From contig JBAYGS010000005.1 in assembly GCA_041666545.1 (NCBI GenBank), positions 18,842 to 82,841 of the forward strand: DNA of 64,000 bases, read 5' to 3'. The translations under genes were made by a program, and so were the position numbers. The DNA comes from Minisyncoccota bacterium (GTDB lineage Bacteria; Patescibacteriota; Minisyncoccia; Phycocordibacterales; JBAYGS01). The notes beneath the pieces were generated by a model. It ran no database searches. It saw only the letters and a program-made list of their open reading frames with translations, and was not told where the DNA came from. Positions 54,391 to 62,283 of the stretch are shown here, piece by piece (positions within the stretch are counted from its first letter, which is position 1; the number at the start of each line of letters is the position of its first letter).

Positions 54391-54508
54391 CCCGTTAGAA
54401 GTCGCGGACGCTAACAACAGTTGTCTGTTTGCGGAAAATGTTTAATACAGATAGCGGAGCGTAGTTTGTTGTATAATGATTGGATGTCCGCGTCCTACTT
54501 CTAACGGG
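54391..54508. mobile_element. MITE-like element of about 118 bp with TIRs CCCGTTAGAAGTCGCGGACGC / GTCCGCGTCCTACTTCTAACGGG; contains an outward-facing TGTTGTATAAT extended -10 box upstream of the HIT gene
   Basis: Inverted repeats flank about 75 bp. TTGTTGTATAATGATTGG sits 60 nt upstream of the HIT start. Confidence 0.65.
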
Positions 54509-54535
54509 ACTTATACTTAATACTATCTACTTTTT

Positions 54536-54925
54536 ATGAATTGCCTCTTCTGCAAAATCGCCAAAAAAGAAATTCCCTCCGATTTAGTTTTTGAAAATGA
54601 CGAGATATTCTCTTTTCTCGATATTCACCCGGTTTCCGATGGTCATATTTTGGTTATCCCAAAAGCTCACTACGAGAAAATGACTGACACTCCTGACGAG
54701 CTTCTGTCCAAACTTTTTGTCGAATGCAAAAAACTGATGATTGCCATCAAAAAGGCTTTGAACGCCGATTATGTCGCTGTCTCGGTAGTTGGCGTTGATA
54801 TCCCCCACTTTCACATCCATTTGGTGCCCAGAAGACACGACGATGGTTTAGCCGGCTTTTGGCCAACCAAAGAATTTGTTGACGGTAAATTGATTTTGGA
54901 GAAAATTAAAAAGGCGCTCGATTAA
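54536..54925 (+). CDS. HIT-family (histidine triad) nucleotide hydrolase
   Basis: The HxHxHxx motif is PHFHIHLVP. Confidence 0.8.
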   Translation: MNCLFCKIAKKEIPSDLVFENDEIFSFLDIHPVSDGHILVIPKAHYEKMTDTPDELLSKLFVECKKLMIAIKKALNADYVAVSVVGVDIPHFHIHLVPRRHDDGLAGFWPTKEFVDGKLILEKIKKALD

Positions 54926-54947
54926 AGCGCCTGTAAACTACAACCAA

Positions 54948-55292
54948 TCAGACCGGTGGCCGACCGTCATCGACGTGCGAAATGTCGTCGAAGGCCTCGC
55001 TTGGGAGATTGGTCGGCATCGGCGTCAGGACCTTGGCCTCGGCCTCAGTAGCCTTGACTGAAGCGTCATGCCGAGCCCGACAAGCTACCAGATGTTCGGA
55101 GACAAAAAGAGTCTTAATCCGCCGACCACAGGTTGGGCAAGGATGGCAGCAGGCCGTAAAATGCATGGCGTTTCCTCTCGGCTGATGACAGATGCAATGA
55201 CACTCATGAGGATCAGCCCAAACAGAATCAACCCGAATTCCCAAATCTGACATACTTATCCTTTCTTTAGAGGATGAACTGACTGTGTTCAA
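54948..55292 (-). CDS. Hypothetical Cys/His-rich small protein, GC-rich
   Basis: CHCICH...CCHPCPTCGRR...HLVACRARH clusters. The start may be the internal Met (MSDLGIRV). Confidence 0.3.
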   Translation of the reverse strand: MNTVSSSSKERISMSDLGIRVDSVWADPHECHCICHQPRGNAMHFTACCHPCPTCGRRIKTLFVSEHLVACRARHDASVKATEAEAKVLTPMPTNLPSEAFDDISHVDDGRPPV

Positions 55293-55340
55293 AATAGCAC
55301 AATCTCACCACGACGTCAACAGGGGCCACTGCCACCTTTT

Positions 55341-55423
55341 TAAACTTCTCAATCCCGACGCTTCGGTCGGGACCCCGACCTTGAAGCAAGCGTCGGGGCT
55401 TTCAAACTTCCAAACTATTCTCA
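55341..55423. repeat. Composite repeat (AAACTTCTC - AATCCCGACGCttcGGTCGGGACCCCGACCttgaagcaaGCGTCGGGGCT - TTCAAACTTCCAAACT) whose 3' portion encodes the last residues and stop codon of pgk
   Basis: The pgk C-terminus ...LENSLEV* is read from GAGAATAGTTTGGAAGTTTGA, which is the revcomp of 55402-55422. The plus-strand ORF 55285..55518 is the repeat translated. Confidence 0.65.
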
Positions 55424-56529
55424 AGTGCCTCAATCCCAGGCAAAGTTCCACTCGAGAGAAAATCGAGCATCGCCCCACCAGCCGTCGAAACAAAAGAAAA
55501 TTTATCAAACAAATTTAATTTCTCCAGGGCCGCCAAAGTATCCCCGCCACCAACAATCGTCTCGGCCCCACATTCAGCAAGTGCCCGAGCCAGATTTTCA
55601 GTACCCTCGACAAAGCCCCTCTCATAATTTCCCAAAGGACCGTTCCAGAGCACAAATTTAGACTTTGAGGCCAAAAAATTAAGTTCAGCAACTGTTTCGA
55701 GACCAGCATCAAGGATTTCATCTTTCTTACCAAGCTCTTCCGGAGCAATCGTGCATTTACCACCCCCTCCATCAATAACCACATCGAGTGGCAACATAAT
55801 TTTCGTCTCGGCCAACAGGTTGGCATCTAATTTAATCTGTGAGACCGCCGAGGCTCCCACCTCAAAACCCTTCGCCTTAAAAAAATCATTGGCCGGAACT
55901 CCACCAACAAAAACCGTATCCGCCTTTGGTAAAAGTTTCTTAATTAATGGCAATTTTGTCTCCACCTTGGCGCCACCCAAAATCAACAAAAATGGCTTTG
56001 GCGGATTAAAGGCCTTGGATAAATTAGAAAATTCGGCCTCGAACACCAAACCGGCAAAACTTGGCAATAGTTTTGGCAAACCAACAATTGAAGCGTGGGG
56101 TCGGTGAGAAACCGAGAAGGCTTCGTTTATATAAATCTCCCCCAGACCTGCAATTTCTTTAGCAAAAGATTGAGAATTTTCTTTTTCGCCTTTGAATCGT
56201 CTCAAATTTTCCAGCAAAACAAACTCGCCAGTCTTCAGACCGGCCATTAAATCCGCCGCCTGGGTTAAATCCGTGGCAAACTTAACCGGTAGTTTGGAAT
56301 TGAAGTAATCAAAAATTGCCTGAAGAGAATCGGTTTCAGAACTCTCGATATGACCAATAATCAAGGTCTTGGCCCCAGCTGACTTTAGATGTTCCAAGGT
56401 TGGCAGAGCTTTTCGTAAACGAAAATCGTCTCGAATATTACCATTAACAATCGGCACATTTACATCTAAACGAATTATGACTTTTTTACCAGACAGATCT
56501 CCGGCAGATTTTAGATTTTTGAAATTCAT
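55402..56529 (-). CDS. pgk: Phosphoglycerate kinase
   Basis: 375 aa, canonical PGK: N-terminal RLDVNVP and C-terminal STAGGAMLDFL. Confidence 0.9.
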   Translation of the reverse strand: MNFKNLKSAGDLSGKKVIIRLDVNVPIVNGNIRDDFRLRKALPTLEHLKSAGAKTLIIGHIESSETDSLQAIFDYFNSKLPVKFATDLTQAADLMAGLKTGEFVLLENLRRFKGEKENSQSFAKEIAGLGEIYINEAFSVSHRPHASIVGLPKLLPSFAGLVFEAEFSNLSKAFNPPKPFLLILGGAKVETKLPLIKKLLPKADTVFVGGVPANDFFKAKGFEVGASAVSQIKLDANLLAETKIMLPLDVVIDGGGGKCTIAPEELGKKDEILDAGLETVAELNFLASKSKFVLWNGPLGNYERGFVEGTENLARALAECGAETIVGGGDTLAALEKLNLFDKFSFVSTAGGAMLDFLSSGTLPGIEALENSLEV

Positions 56530-57302
56530 TTGAATGAATCAGCAATTTTAATCAAAGCGCCAAAAGTTTCCGGATTCAAACTGGCTTTGCCGACCAGAAG
56601 ACCGTCAGCCTCCCCACCCCTAAGCAGGGCCCCGACATTTTCTTCACTAACTGAACCGCCATAAACCACCCGAAGTGACATCGCGGTTTCTCGATCATAA
56701 AGATCAGCGACAACTTTGCGCACAAAAATTATAGCTTCGTGAAGGTCACTTGGGTTAATCGAGCCTTTTTGAAAAGTGCTAATCGCCCAAACCGGTTCAT
56801 AAGCAATTATCAGATTGACCAGCCCTGACTTTTTGACTCCGACAAGCGCCGATTTAATTTGATCTTTGAGAAAATCTAGATAATTAATCTGCGAATCACG
56901 CTCACTCTCACCAACACAAAGTATCGGAATCAAACCGGCCTTAAGAGAGGAGAGAATCTTTTTATTGACCATCACATCAGTCTCACCAAAGCTGCGTCTT
57001 TCTGAATGGCCAACAATCACATATTGGGCTCCCACGGCCTTAACCATCGGAGCACTCACTTGGCCGGTAAACGCCTGACCTGTTGTCTCCCAGAAGACAT
57101 CTTGAGCCCCGATTGAAAATCGGCGACCCGAGACTTTGCTGGCAAAATTTTCGAGATATAGGTAGGACGGACAAATGACAGCCTCGACTCTTTTGGTCCT
57201 AGCCATTTTCCGTTTGATAATTCCAAAAATTTCATGGGCAATTTCCGGAGTCTCGGGAGCCATTTTCCAGTTGGCAATCAAAATCTTGTTGTTTTTCTTC
57301 AT
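56526..57302 (-). CDS. tpiA: Triosephosphate isomerase
   Basis: IAYEPVWAI and GGSVS signatures. It overlaps pgk by 4 nt. Confidence 0.9.
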   Translation of the reverse strand: MKKNNKILIANWKMAPETPEIAHEIFGIIKRKMARTKRVEAVICPSYLYLENFASKVSGRRFSIGAQDVFWETTGQAFTGQVSAPMVKAVGAQYVIVGHSERRSFGETDVMVNKKILSSLKAGLIPILCVGESERDSQINYLDFLKDQIKSALVGVKKSGLVNLIIAYEPVWAISTFQKGSINPSDLHEAIIFVRKVVADLYDRETAMSLRVVYGGSVSEENVGALLRGGEADGLLVGKASLNPETFGALIKIADSFK

Positions 57303-57639
57303 TTATCAATTATAGCAGAACCTGAAACTTGGAGCATGAAACTTGAAACAGTAAAACAAAAAAGGACCCAGTAAAGGGTCCTGAAAGAAAAGGAGGATAT
57401 TGCTCACCCGAAGGTGATCGGCGCGAGCACAAAGTGCTTTGGCGCTATAAGAACGATTTTTTAGGCAATATCCGCCGGTCTAAGGTTATGGTTGCCTTCA
57501 GTGGGCAGCCTACTCGCCAATCAGATTTCCGCGGATTGACACACGGCGGACTAAAATCCGAAGGCCTTGGCTGCTCCACTTACAATTTTACTCCCAAAAA
57601 CAAAAAAGACAAGTGCTTAAAACGGGTCGGAAGAGAGAT

Positions 57640-58971
57640 CTAGTGCTCACGACTTTCTCGCCAGCGTTTGATTTTCCATTGGCCACCCGGACCGGCAGTA
57701 AATAGAGGCTGGGCCAGTCCAATGTTATAAAGAACCTCGGTGTTATTAAACAGAGATAGTTTGTAGCCCGTAACCTCACGCAGAACAACATTGTTATAAA
57801 GCCGAATTTCTCCGTGAGGAGCGTAGAGCAAGAGGTTACCGGCAGTGTTGCTCCCGGCAATAATCGCTATCGCCCCGCTCCCCGATTCAGCACCGGTATT
57901 ACGAGAAACCAGCATTACATAAGAATCTGGATTAGCAACACCATTTGTCTCAGAACCATAGAAGAGCGGGCTGTTTTCCAAGAGAATCCGCCCTTTAGTG
58001 GTAGGACTAGACGCGGAGTGGGCCAGAATTGCAACACTCTTGTTTCCCACACTATCATCGACTTTAAATTTAGGACCATTTTTAATGGTGAGATTGCCAT
58101 TAATCCAAACTGAACCCTTAAGTGTGATTATCGTATTATTGCCACTAATTTCAACATTACAATTTATTTTCTGCGCATTCCAAGTGACGCTCGAGCCAAT
58201 ATATTTAGTCGCGCCGGAACAACTGGTAAGGCCATTCGCAAGTGCATCACTTTCCCACTGGTCAAGAAGCGAGTCGGCAATCGGCATATCAACAGGAAGC
58301 TGGTCGGTGCTACTTGGATACAGAGTGCCGTTTACAGTTGTGCCGGAGATACTGGTGTAATAGGCATCTCTGTCGACAACAGAATTAGAAATGCTGTGCG
58401 CGTAAGCACTTGAGGTGGCATGAACATTAGTGATACTACCTGAGCTTCCTGCCGATACCACATCCCCATAAATCATATTGGTCGACTGGCCCGAGACGGG
58501 ACCATTGGAATAGACATTGCCTCTGATTAGGGCACCCTCACCGTTCAGAAAGAGACCACCTAGCCCGACCTGTACTGCAAAATTGAAAGCAAATCCATCA
58601 GTTACAGTGATGTCCTTATCCACTGTCCTAAAAATATTATTGTTGTAGGCTGTTGAAAGAATTTGCTTTTCGTTGCTACCTGTCACAGTCAGAGTCGAGC
58701 TCGCGGTTGAGCCATCAAGAGTGAGTAATTCGGGGAAATTGGTTGTCTGATTATTCCTGATTCGATAATAGACATCTTCGCTCCCGGATTCAGCCGCAAA
58801 ATAGCTTTGCTTTGAGGTTTGCAAATCCTGTCCGATACTAAATTGTTTGAGTACCGGATTAACCATCCCGTAAACAACCGTCGTGGTGACGATAGTAAAC
58901 AAGAGCGAGATTAGGATAACGGTCTGACCGCCTTCCCGACTTTTTGATCTTTTAGTGCTTAAGAAAGTCAT
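57640..58971 (-). CDS. Large pilus-associated protein (443 aa) with an N-terminal hydrophobic anchor; possibly a minor-pilin or tip-type protein
   Basis: It is first in a run of prepilin-like genes. The N-terminus ...REGGQTVILISLLFTIVTTTVV is pilin-like but atypical, with no Glu at +5. The terminator GGACCCTTTACTGGGTCCTTTTTTG lies downstream on the minus strand at about 57365-57395. Confidence 0.45.
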   Translation of the reverse strand: MTFLSTKRSKSREGGQTVILISLLFTIVTTTVVYGMVNPVLKQFSIGQDLQTSKQSYFAAESGSEDVYYRIRNNQTTNFPELLTLDGSTASSTLTVTGSNEKQILSTAYNNNIFRTVDKDITVTDGFAFNFAVQVGLGGLFLNGEGALIRGNVYSNGPVSGQSTNMIYGDVVSAGSSGSITNVHATSSAYAHSISNSVVDRDAYYTSISGTTVNGTLYPSSTDQLPVDMPIADSLLDQWESDALANGLTSCSGATKYIGSSVTWNAQKINCNVEISGNNTIITLKGSVWINGNLTIKNGPKFKVDDSVGNKSVAILAHSASSPTTKGRILLENSPLFYGSETNGVANPDSYVMLVSRNTGAESGSGAIAIIAGSNTAGNLLLYAPHGEIRLYNNVVLREVTGYKLSLFNNTEVLYNIGLAQPLFTAGPGGQWKIKRWRESREH

Positions 58972-58988
58972 TCAATTTAAATAATTAG

Positions 58989-59537
58989 TCACTGAAGCGG
59001 GTAGGAACCGCGCATTACAACTGTCGAATAAAATGATTTGGAGCGATAATCCGAACCACTGCCACTCTCCGTGGCAAGCTCAATTTTAACAGCCTTAGAT
59101 TTGGTCGCGGTAATCGAGCGAAAAACCAAATTAGTGACTCTCACGGCCGATGAAGTTAGCGGGCCCTGATCTACCCCGTTCTCACTAACATGTAAAACTT
59201 GGCCGGAAAGAAAAAATTTAACGGTAAGCGCCGTGCCGGCATCATCAGTGGTGTTGAGAAACAGGATACCAGGAGACGAACCCAGAGTGCTTTGCGCCGT
59301 GTCAACACTCGTCGCACCCCTGATCTCCCGCGTCAGACGCTCTAGGGCGGTTTCAGCCGACAATTCTACATTTTGAGCCGAATGCATAGAACGATAAGAC
59401 TTCGAGAAGGACTGGACTGCGTTCACAATCAAAATCAAAAACATCGTCATCACTGCCACATAAATGAGAATCTCAACAAGAGAGATTCCCCACTCATTTG
59501 CCACTCCGCCCTTTTTAGATACTCGAGCAAAAATCAT
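58989..59537 (-). CDS. Prepilin-like (pseudopilin or minor pilin) protein
   Basis: The N-terminus ...NEWGISLVEILIYVAVMTMFLIL resembles a class III signal (G|xSLVE). Confidence 0.5.
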   Translation of the reverse strand: MIFARVSKKGGVANEWGISLVEILIYVAVMTMFLILIVNAVQSFSKSYRSMHSAQNVELSAETALERLTREIRGATSVDTAQSTLGSSPGILFLNTTDDAGTALTVKFFLSGQVLHVSENGVDQGPLTSSAVRVTNLVFRSITATKSKAVKIELATESGSGSDYRSKSFYSTVVMRGSYPLQ

Positions 59538-59540
59538 AAG

Positions 59541-60050
59541 CTAGTTATTAAAGATGTTAGCGAGAATTGTGGAGATCGACTTTGTAGTGGTCGCCCCGGC
59601 TGAAAGCCAAGAAACCTCGACGGTTATTTTTTTGGCGTTAGTATCTAAGGTGCCACCGCTCCAGACAATCTTCTTGCTACCATCCCGATAAATTGAAGAC
59701 AGGGTCACTTTGCGCTCAAAAATTCCGTCAACATACTGATTGACCGAGGTAGCCTGCCAGGTCGTACCATTAAAAGACAGGTAAAAAGGTGAGGCTTGGG
59801 AAGCGATATTTGCCGCCCAACCATTATCACGCAAAATTCTGACAGCCTCCACGCCCTCTTCGGCCAAGTAAGCCGCTTGAATTTTCGCCGTATTCGCCGA
59901 AGCAATTTTGATCGCCAAAGTCAGAGCCCCGACTGAACCCAACAAAACTGTCGCCAGAATCGCTGTCGCAATCACAATTTCCAAAAGAGAAAAGCCTCGA
60001 GACTTTTTAAGTGTCGCCGCCCTTTTTTTGTTTAATAAATCAAACATCAA
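59541..60050 (-). CDS. Type IV pilin or pseudopilin with a prepilin-type N-terminal cleavage/methylation signal
   Basis: KKSRG|FSLLEIVIATAILATVLL is the canonical G-F-[ST]-L-[LI]-E motif. Confidence 0.65.
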   Translation of the reverse strand: MMFDLLNKKRAATLKKSRGFSLLEIVIATAILATVLLGSVGALTLAIKIASANTAKIQAAYLAEEGVEAVRILRDNGWAANIASQASPFYLSFNGTTWQATSVNQYVDGIFERKVTLSSIYRDGSKKIVWSGGTLDTNAKKITVEVSWLSAGATTTKSISTILANIFNN

Positions 60051-60077
60051 TGACTACATTATACAACCAAAACCAAA

Positions 60078-60605
60078 CTATTCAGTTAGACCTGTTTGAT
60101 GGATGGTTATTGTTTTAGAATCGGAGGGATCGGTATTAAGTGAGAGTGTGACAGTACCATTCTGTAAGGTGTCCCCGGTCAACCAATCAAACAAAACCTC
60201 CGAACCGCCGCCGGTTAAACTAACGGCACTAATCCCAACTGGCGAACCGATGGCTGTCACAACATTGGAAGCATCAGAAGCGGAGTAAGTTGACCCCTTG
60301 AAGAGCGTGACTGAATCAGCTTCAAAGTGGACACCATACTGACTCGCCCCTTTAGACCCTAAAGTCATTGCTCTGGCCTGGTTCAAAAGTAAAATAACTG
60401 AATTGGTGTCTTTTTCCAAAGCCTGATCACGGTTGAGCGTGACAAACGCACCGTAAGCAAAGGCCGAGAGAATAATTATTATTGAAATAATAACCATTGT
60501 CTCAATAAAGGAAAACCCTCGAGAACGAGAACCTGAAGCCTGAAACTTGAAGCTTGAAACAGCCTGATAAAATTTTACTTTCTTCCTGGGTGTTTCATGT
60601 TTCAT
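60078..60605 (-). CDS. Type IV pilin or pseudopilin with a prepilin-type signal (long leader)
   Basis: SRSRG|FSFIETMVIISIIIILSA. Confidence 0.6.
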   Translation of the reverse strand: MKHETPRKKVKFYQAVSSFKFQASGSRSRGFSFIETMVIISIIIILSAFAYGAFVTLNRDQALEKDTNSVILLLNQARAMTLGSKGASQYGVHFEADSVTLFKGSTYSASDASNVVTAIGSPVGISAVSLTGGGSEVLFDWLTGDTLQNGTVTLSLNTDPSDSKTITIHQTGLTE

Positions 60606-60620
60606 ACTTCACACTTCAGG

Positions 60621-61841
60621 TTAAATTGTATTTACGAGCGAGTACATTGGCGAAATCATCGAGATTGCAAAAAAGCCGACCGCAGCGCCAATGACCACCA
60701 TCAAAAACGGCTCAATGATTGTGGACATATCCTTGGTGCGCTGTTCCACCTCGGCTTCATAATAAGTGGCTAGCTCCAAAAGCATCGGTGCCAATTGACC
60801 GGTTTCTTCACCAACACTCGTCATCTCTGCCACGAAGGTTGGGTAAAGCTTTTCATTTTCGGCAAAAACTGAAGAAATTGTGATACCTTTTTGGATTGCC
60901 TCCTCCGCGTGCTTGAGAACATCGTGGTAGTAAGAATTTTGAGTCACCTCAGCCGTAATGCCCAAAGCCTCAACCACCGAAACACCTGCCGAAAGCAGTG
61001 ACGAGAGGGTTCTTGCGGTCCGGGCCGAGTTGGTTTCTTTGGTGATACTTCCAATAACCGGCAATTTCAAAATGGTCCAATCAAAACCGCGTTTACCAGG
61101 CTTGGTTTTTAGTAAAGTGATGAAACCGACAATGACCGCAATAACGATTACCAGACCTAAGATAGTGTGGTTAATAATAAAATTACTGATATTTAGAATA
61201 AACTGGGTACTGGCCGGCAAAGCCACTTTCAATTCTTTAAAGGTGCCTGTTAAAGTTGGCACCACATAAATCATCATCAGAACACCGATAACCAACATGA
61301 CAGAAAGAATAATTCCAGGATACATCATCGCCCCACGAATCTTCTTTTTGAGCAGATAGGATTGCTCCATCTGCCTCGAAACAACCTTTAAAGAATCGGA
61401 GAGGCTACCGCTTGATTCGCCGGCCCGAACCATTGAAACAAAAAGTGAGGAAAATACTTTTGGGTGTACGGAAAGTGCTTGAGCTAAGGACTGACCGCGA
61501 CCAATTTCGCCTAAAATCGATGTAATGACGGATTGAAAAGCCTTATTTTTGGTCTGCTTCAAAATCACATTGAGCGCCCGAGTAAGCGACAAACCTGAAG
61601 AAATCATTGAACCCAAATTGCGAGCAAAAAGAATCTGCTCATGCGTCCCGACTCGGCCAAACAACTGGTCAAAGGAAAAACGATTACCGGCCTTGCTTTT
61701 AACCTCGTGGATTGAGAGGATCATCTCGCCCCGTCTTTTAAGATCATTATACAGAGCAAAGCGATCTGAAAATTCGGCTGAACTTTCATAAATCTCCCCT
61801 TCGGCTTTTTGTGCTTTGTAGTTAAAAACGGGCATAAGCAA
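60621..61841 (-). CDS. pilC: Type IV pilus assembly platform protein PilC (GspF family)
   Basis: 406 aa with two T2SSF repeats and three TM helices. Confidence 0.85.
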   Translation of the reverse strand: MLMPVFNYKAQKAEGEIYESSAEFSDRFALYNDLKRRGEMILSIHEVKSKAGNRFSFDQLFGRVGTHEQILFARNLGSMISSGLSLTRALNVILKQTKNKAFQSVITSILGEIGRGQSLAQALSVHPKVFSSLFVSMVRAGESSGSLSDSLKVVSRQMEQSYLLKKKIRGAMMYPGIILSVMLVIGVLMMIYVVPTLTGTFKELKVALPASTQFILNISNFIINHTILGLVIVIAVIVGFITLLKTKPGKRGFDWTILKLPVIGSITKETNSARTARTLSSLLSAGVSVVEALGITAEVTQNSYYHDVLKHAEEAIQKGITISSVFAENEKLYPTFVAEMTSVGEETGQLAPMLLELATYYEAEVEQRTKDMSTIIEPFLMVVIGAAVGFFAISMISPMYSLVNTI

Positions 61842-61897
61842 ATTAAAATTGAAATCTAAAAATGGAAAAAGACATATAAAAAGTAAAAAATTACCGT
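61842..61897. repeat. AT-rich repeat (TTCCATTTTTAGATTTCAATTTTAATTTG in pilC sense) related to the 21870/29262 family, abutting the pilC start
   Basis: Compare TTTTCCATTTTGACCTTTCAATTTTAAATTATTTT-ATG upstream of rpsH. Confidence 0.5.
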
Positions 61898-62263
61898 TTA
61901 TGTTTTAGTGTTAAGATACTTGAAGCGATAATATTTGAAATCTCCCCCAAGTTCCTTTAGTAACCATTGTAGCTCATTTTTGGGACCTTTGTCAGTATCT
62001 CTTAACAAAGTCAGCCAGACTTTCGACTCATTCGCAGATTTTAGAGAGTGGGTAAAAAAATTAATGAAATCTTTCCTCGATGATGCGGAGTCAGCCTCCA
62101 CATAATTAGCGAGAACACTGGTACCACTCCTCAAGAGCTGCTTCCCCATGACTGAACCGACCTGGTCCTTTGGCAATCTATCAATAAATTTGACCAAACT
62201 TAAAACCCAAAAATATAGTCTTTTCTTAAATTCATTTTTAAATTTTGCCTTGACATTTTCCAT
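61898..62263 (-). CDS. Four-helix-bundle protein (the family typically encoded in 23S rRNA intervening sequences), inserted between pilB and pilC
   Basis: ...LANYVEADSASSRKDFINFFTHSLKSANESKVWLTLL... matches the four-helix-bundle (TIGR02436-like) consensus. Its 5' leader and start (AATGTAAAATGGAAATCTAAAAATGGAAAATG) are homologous to the dispersed AT-rich repeats. Confidence 0.6.
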   Translation of the reverse strand: MENVKAKFKNEFKKRLYFWVLSLVKFIDRLPKDQVGSVMGKQLLRSGTSVLANYVEADSASSRKDFINFFTHSLKSANESKVWLTLLRDTDKGPKNELQWLLKELGGDFKYYRFKYLNTKT

Positions 62264-62283
62264 TTTTAGATTTCCATTTTACA

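Noticed and set aside
55285-55518. Plus-strand 77-aa ORF (MFKIAQSHHDVNRGHCHLFKLLNPDASVGTPTLKQASGLSNFQ...).
   Set aside because: It is the translation of the dispersed GC-palindrome/TTGGAAGTTT repeat and overlaps the pgk 3' end. It is useful only as evidence that the repeat has an open frame.
57303-57640. 337-nt gap between tpiA and the pilus gene with local hairpins (GGCGCGAGCACAAAGTGCTTTGGCGC). Possible small RNA or riboswitch.
   Set aside because: Only a terminator (GGACCCTTTACTGGGTCC plus T-run) and a CTGAAACTTGAAAC-type repeat could be supported. No recognisable Rfam-like motif by eye. It is left as ordinary intergenic or promoter sequence.
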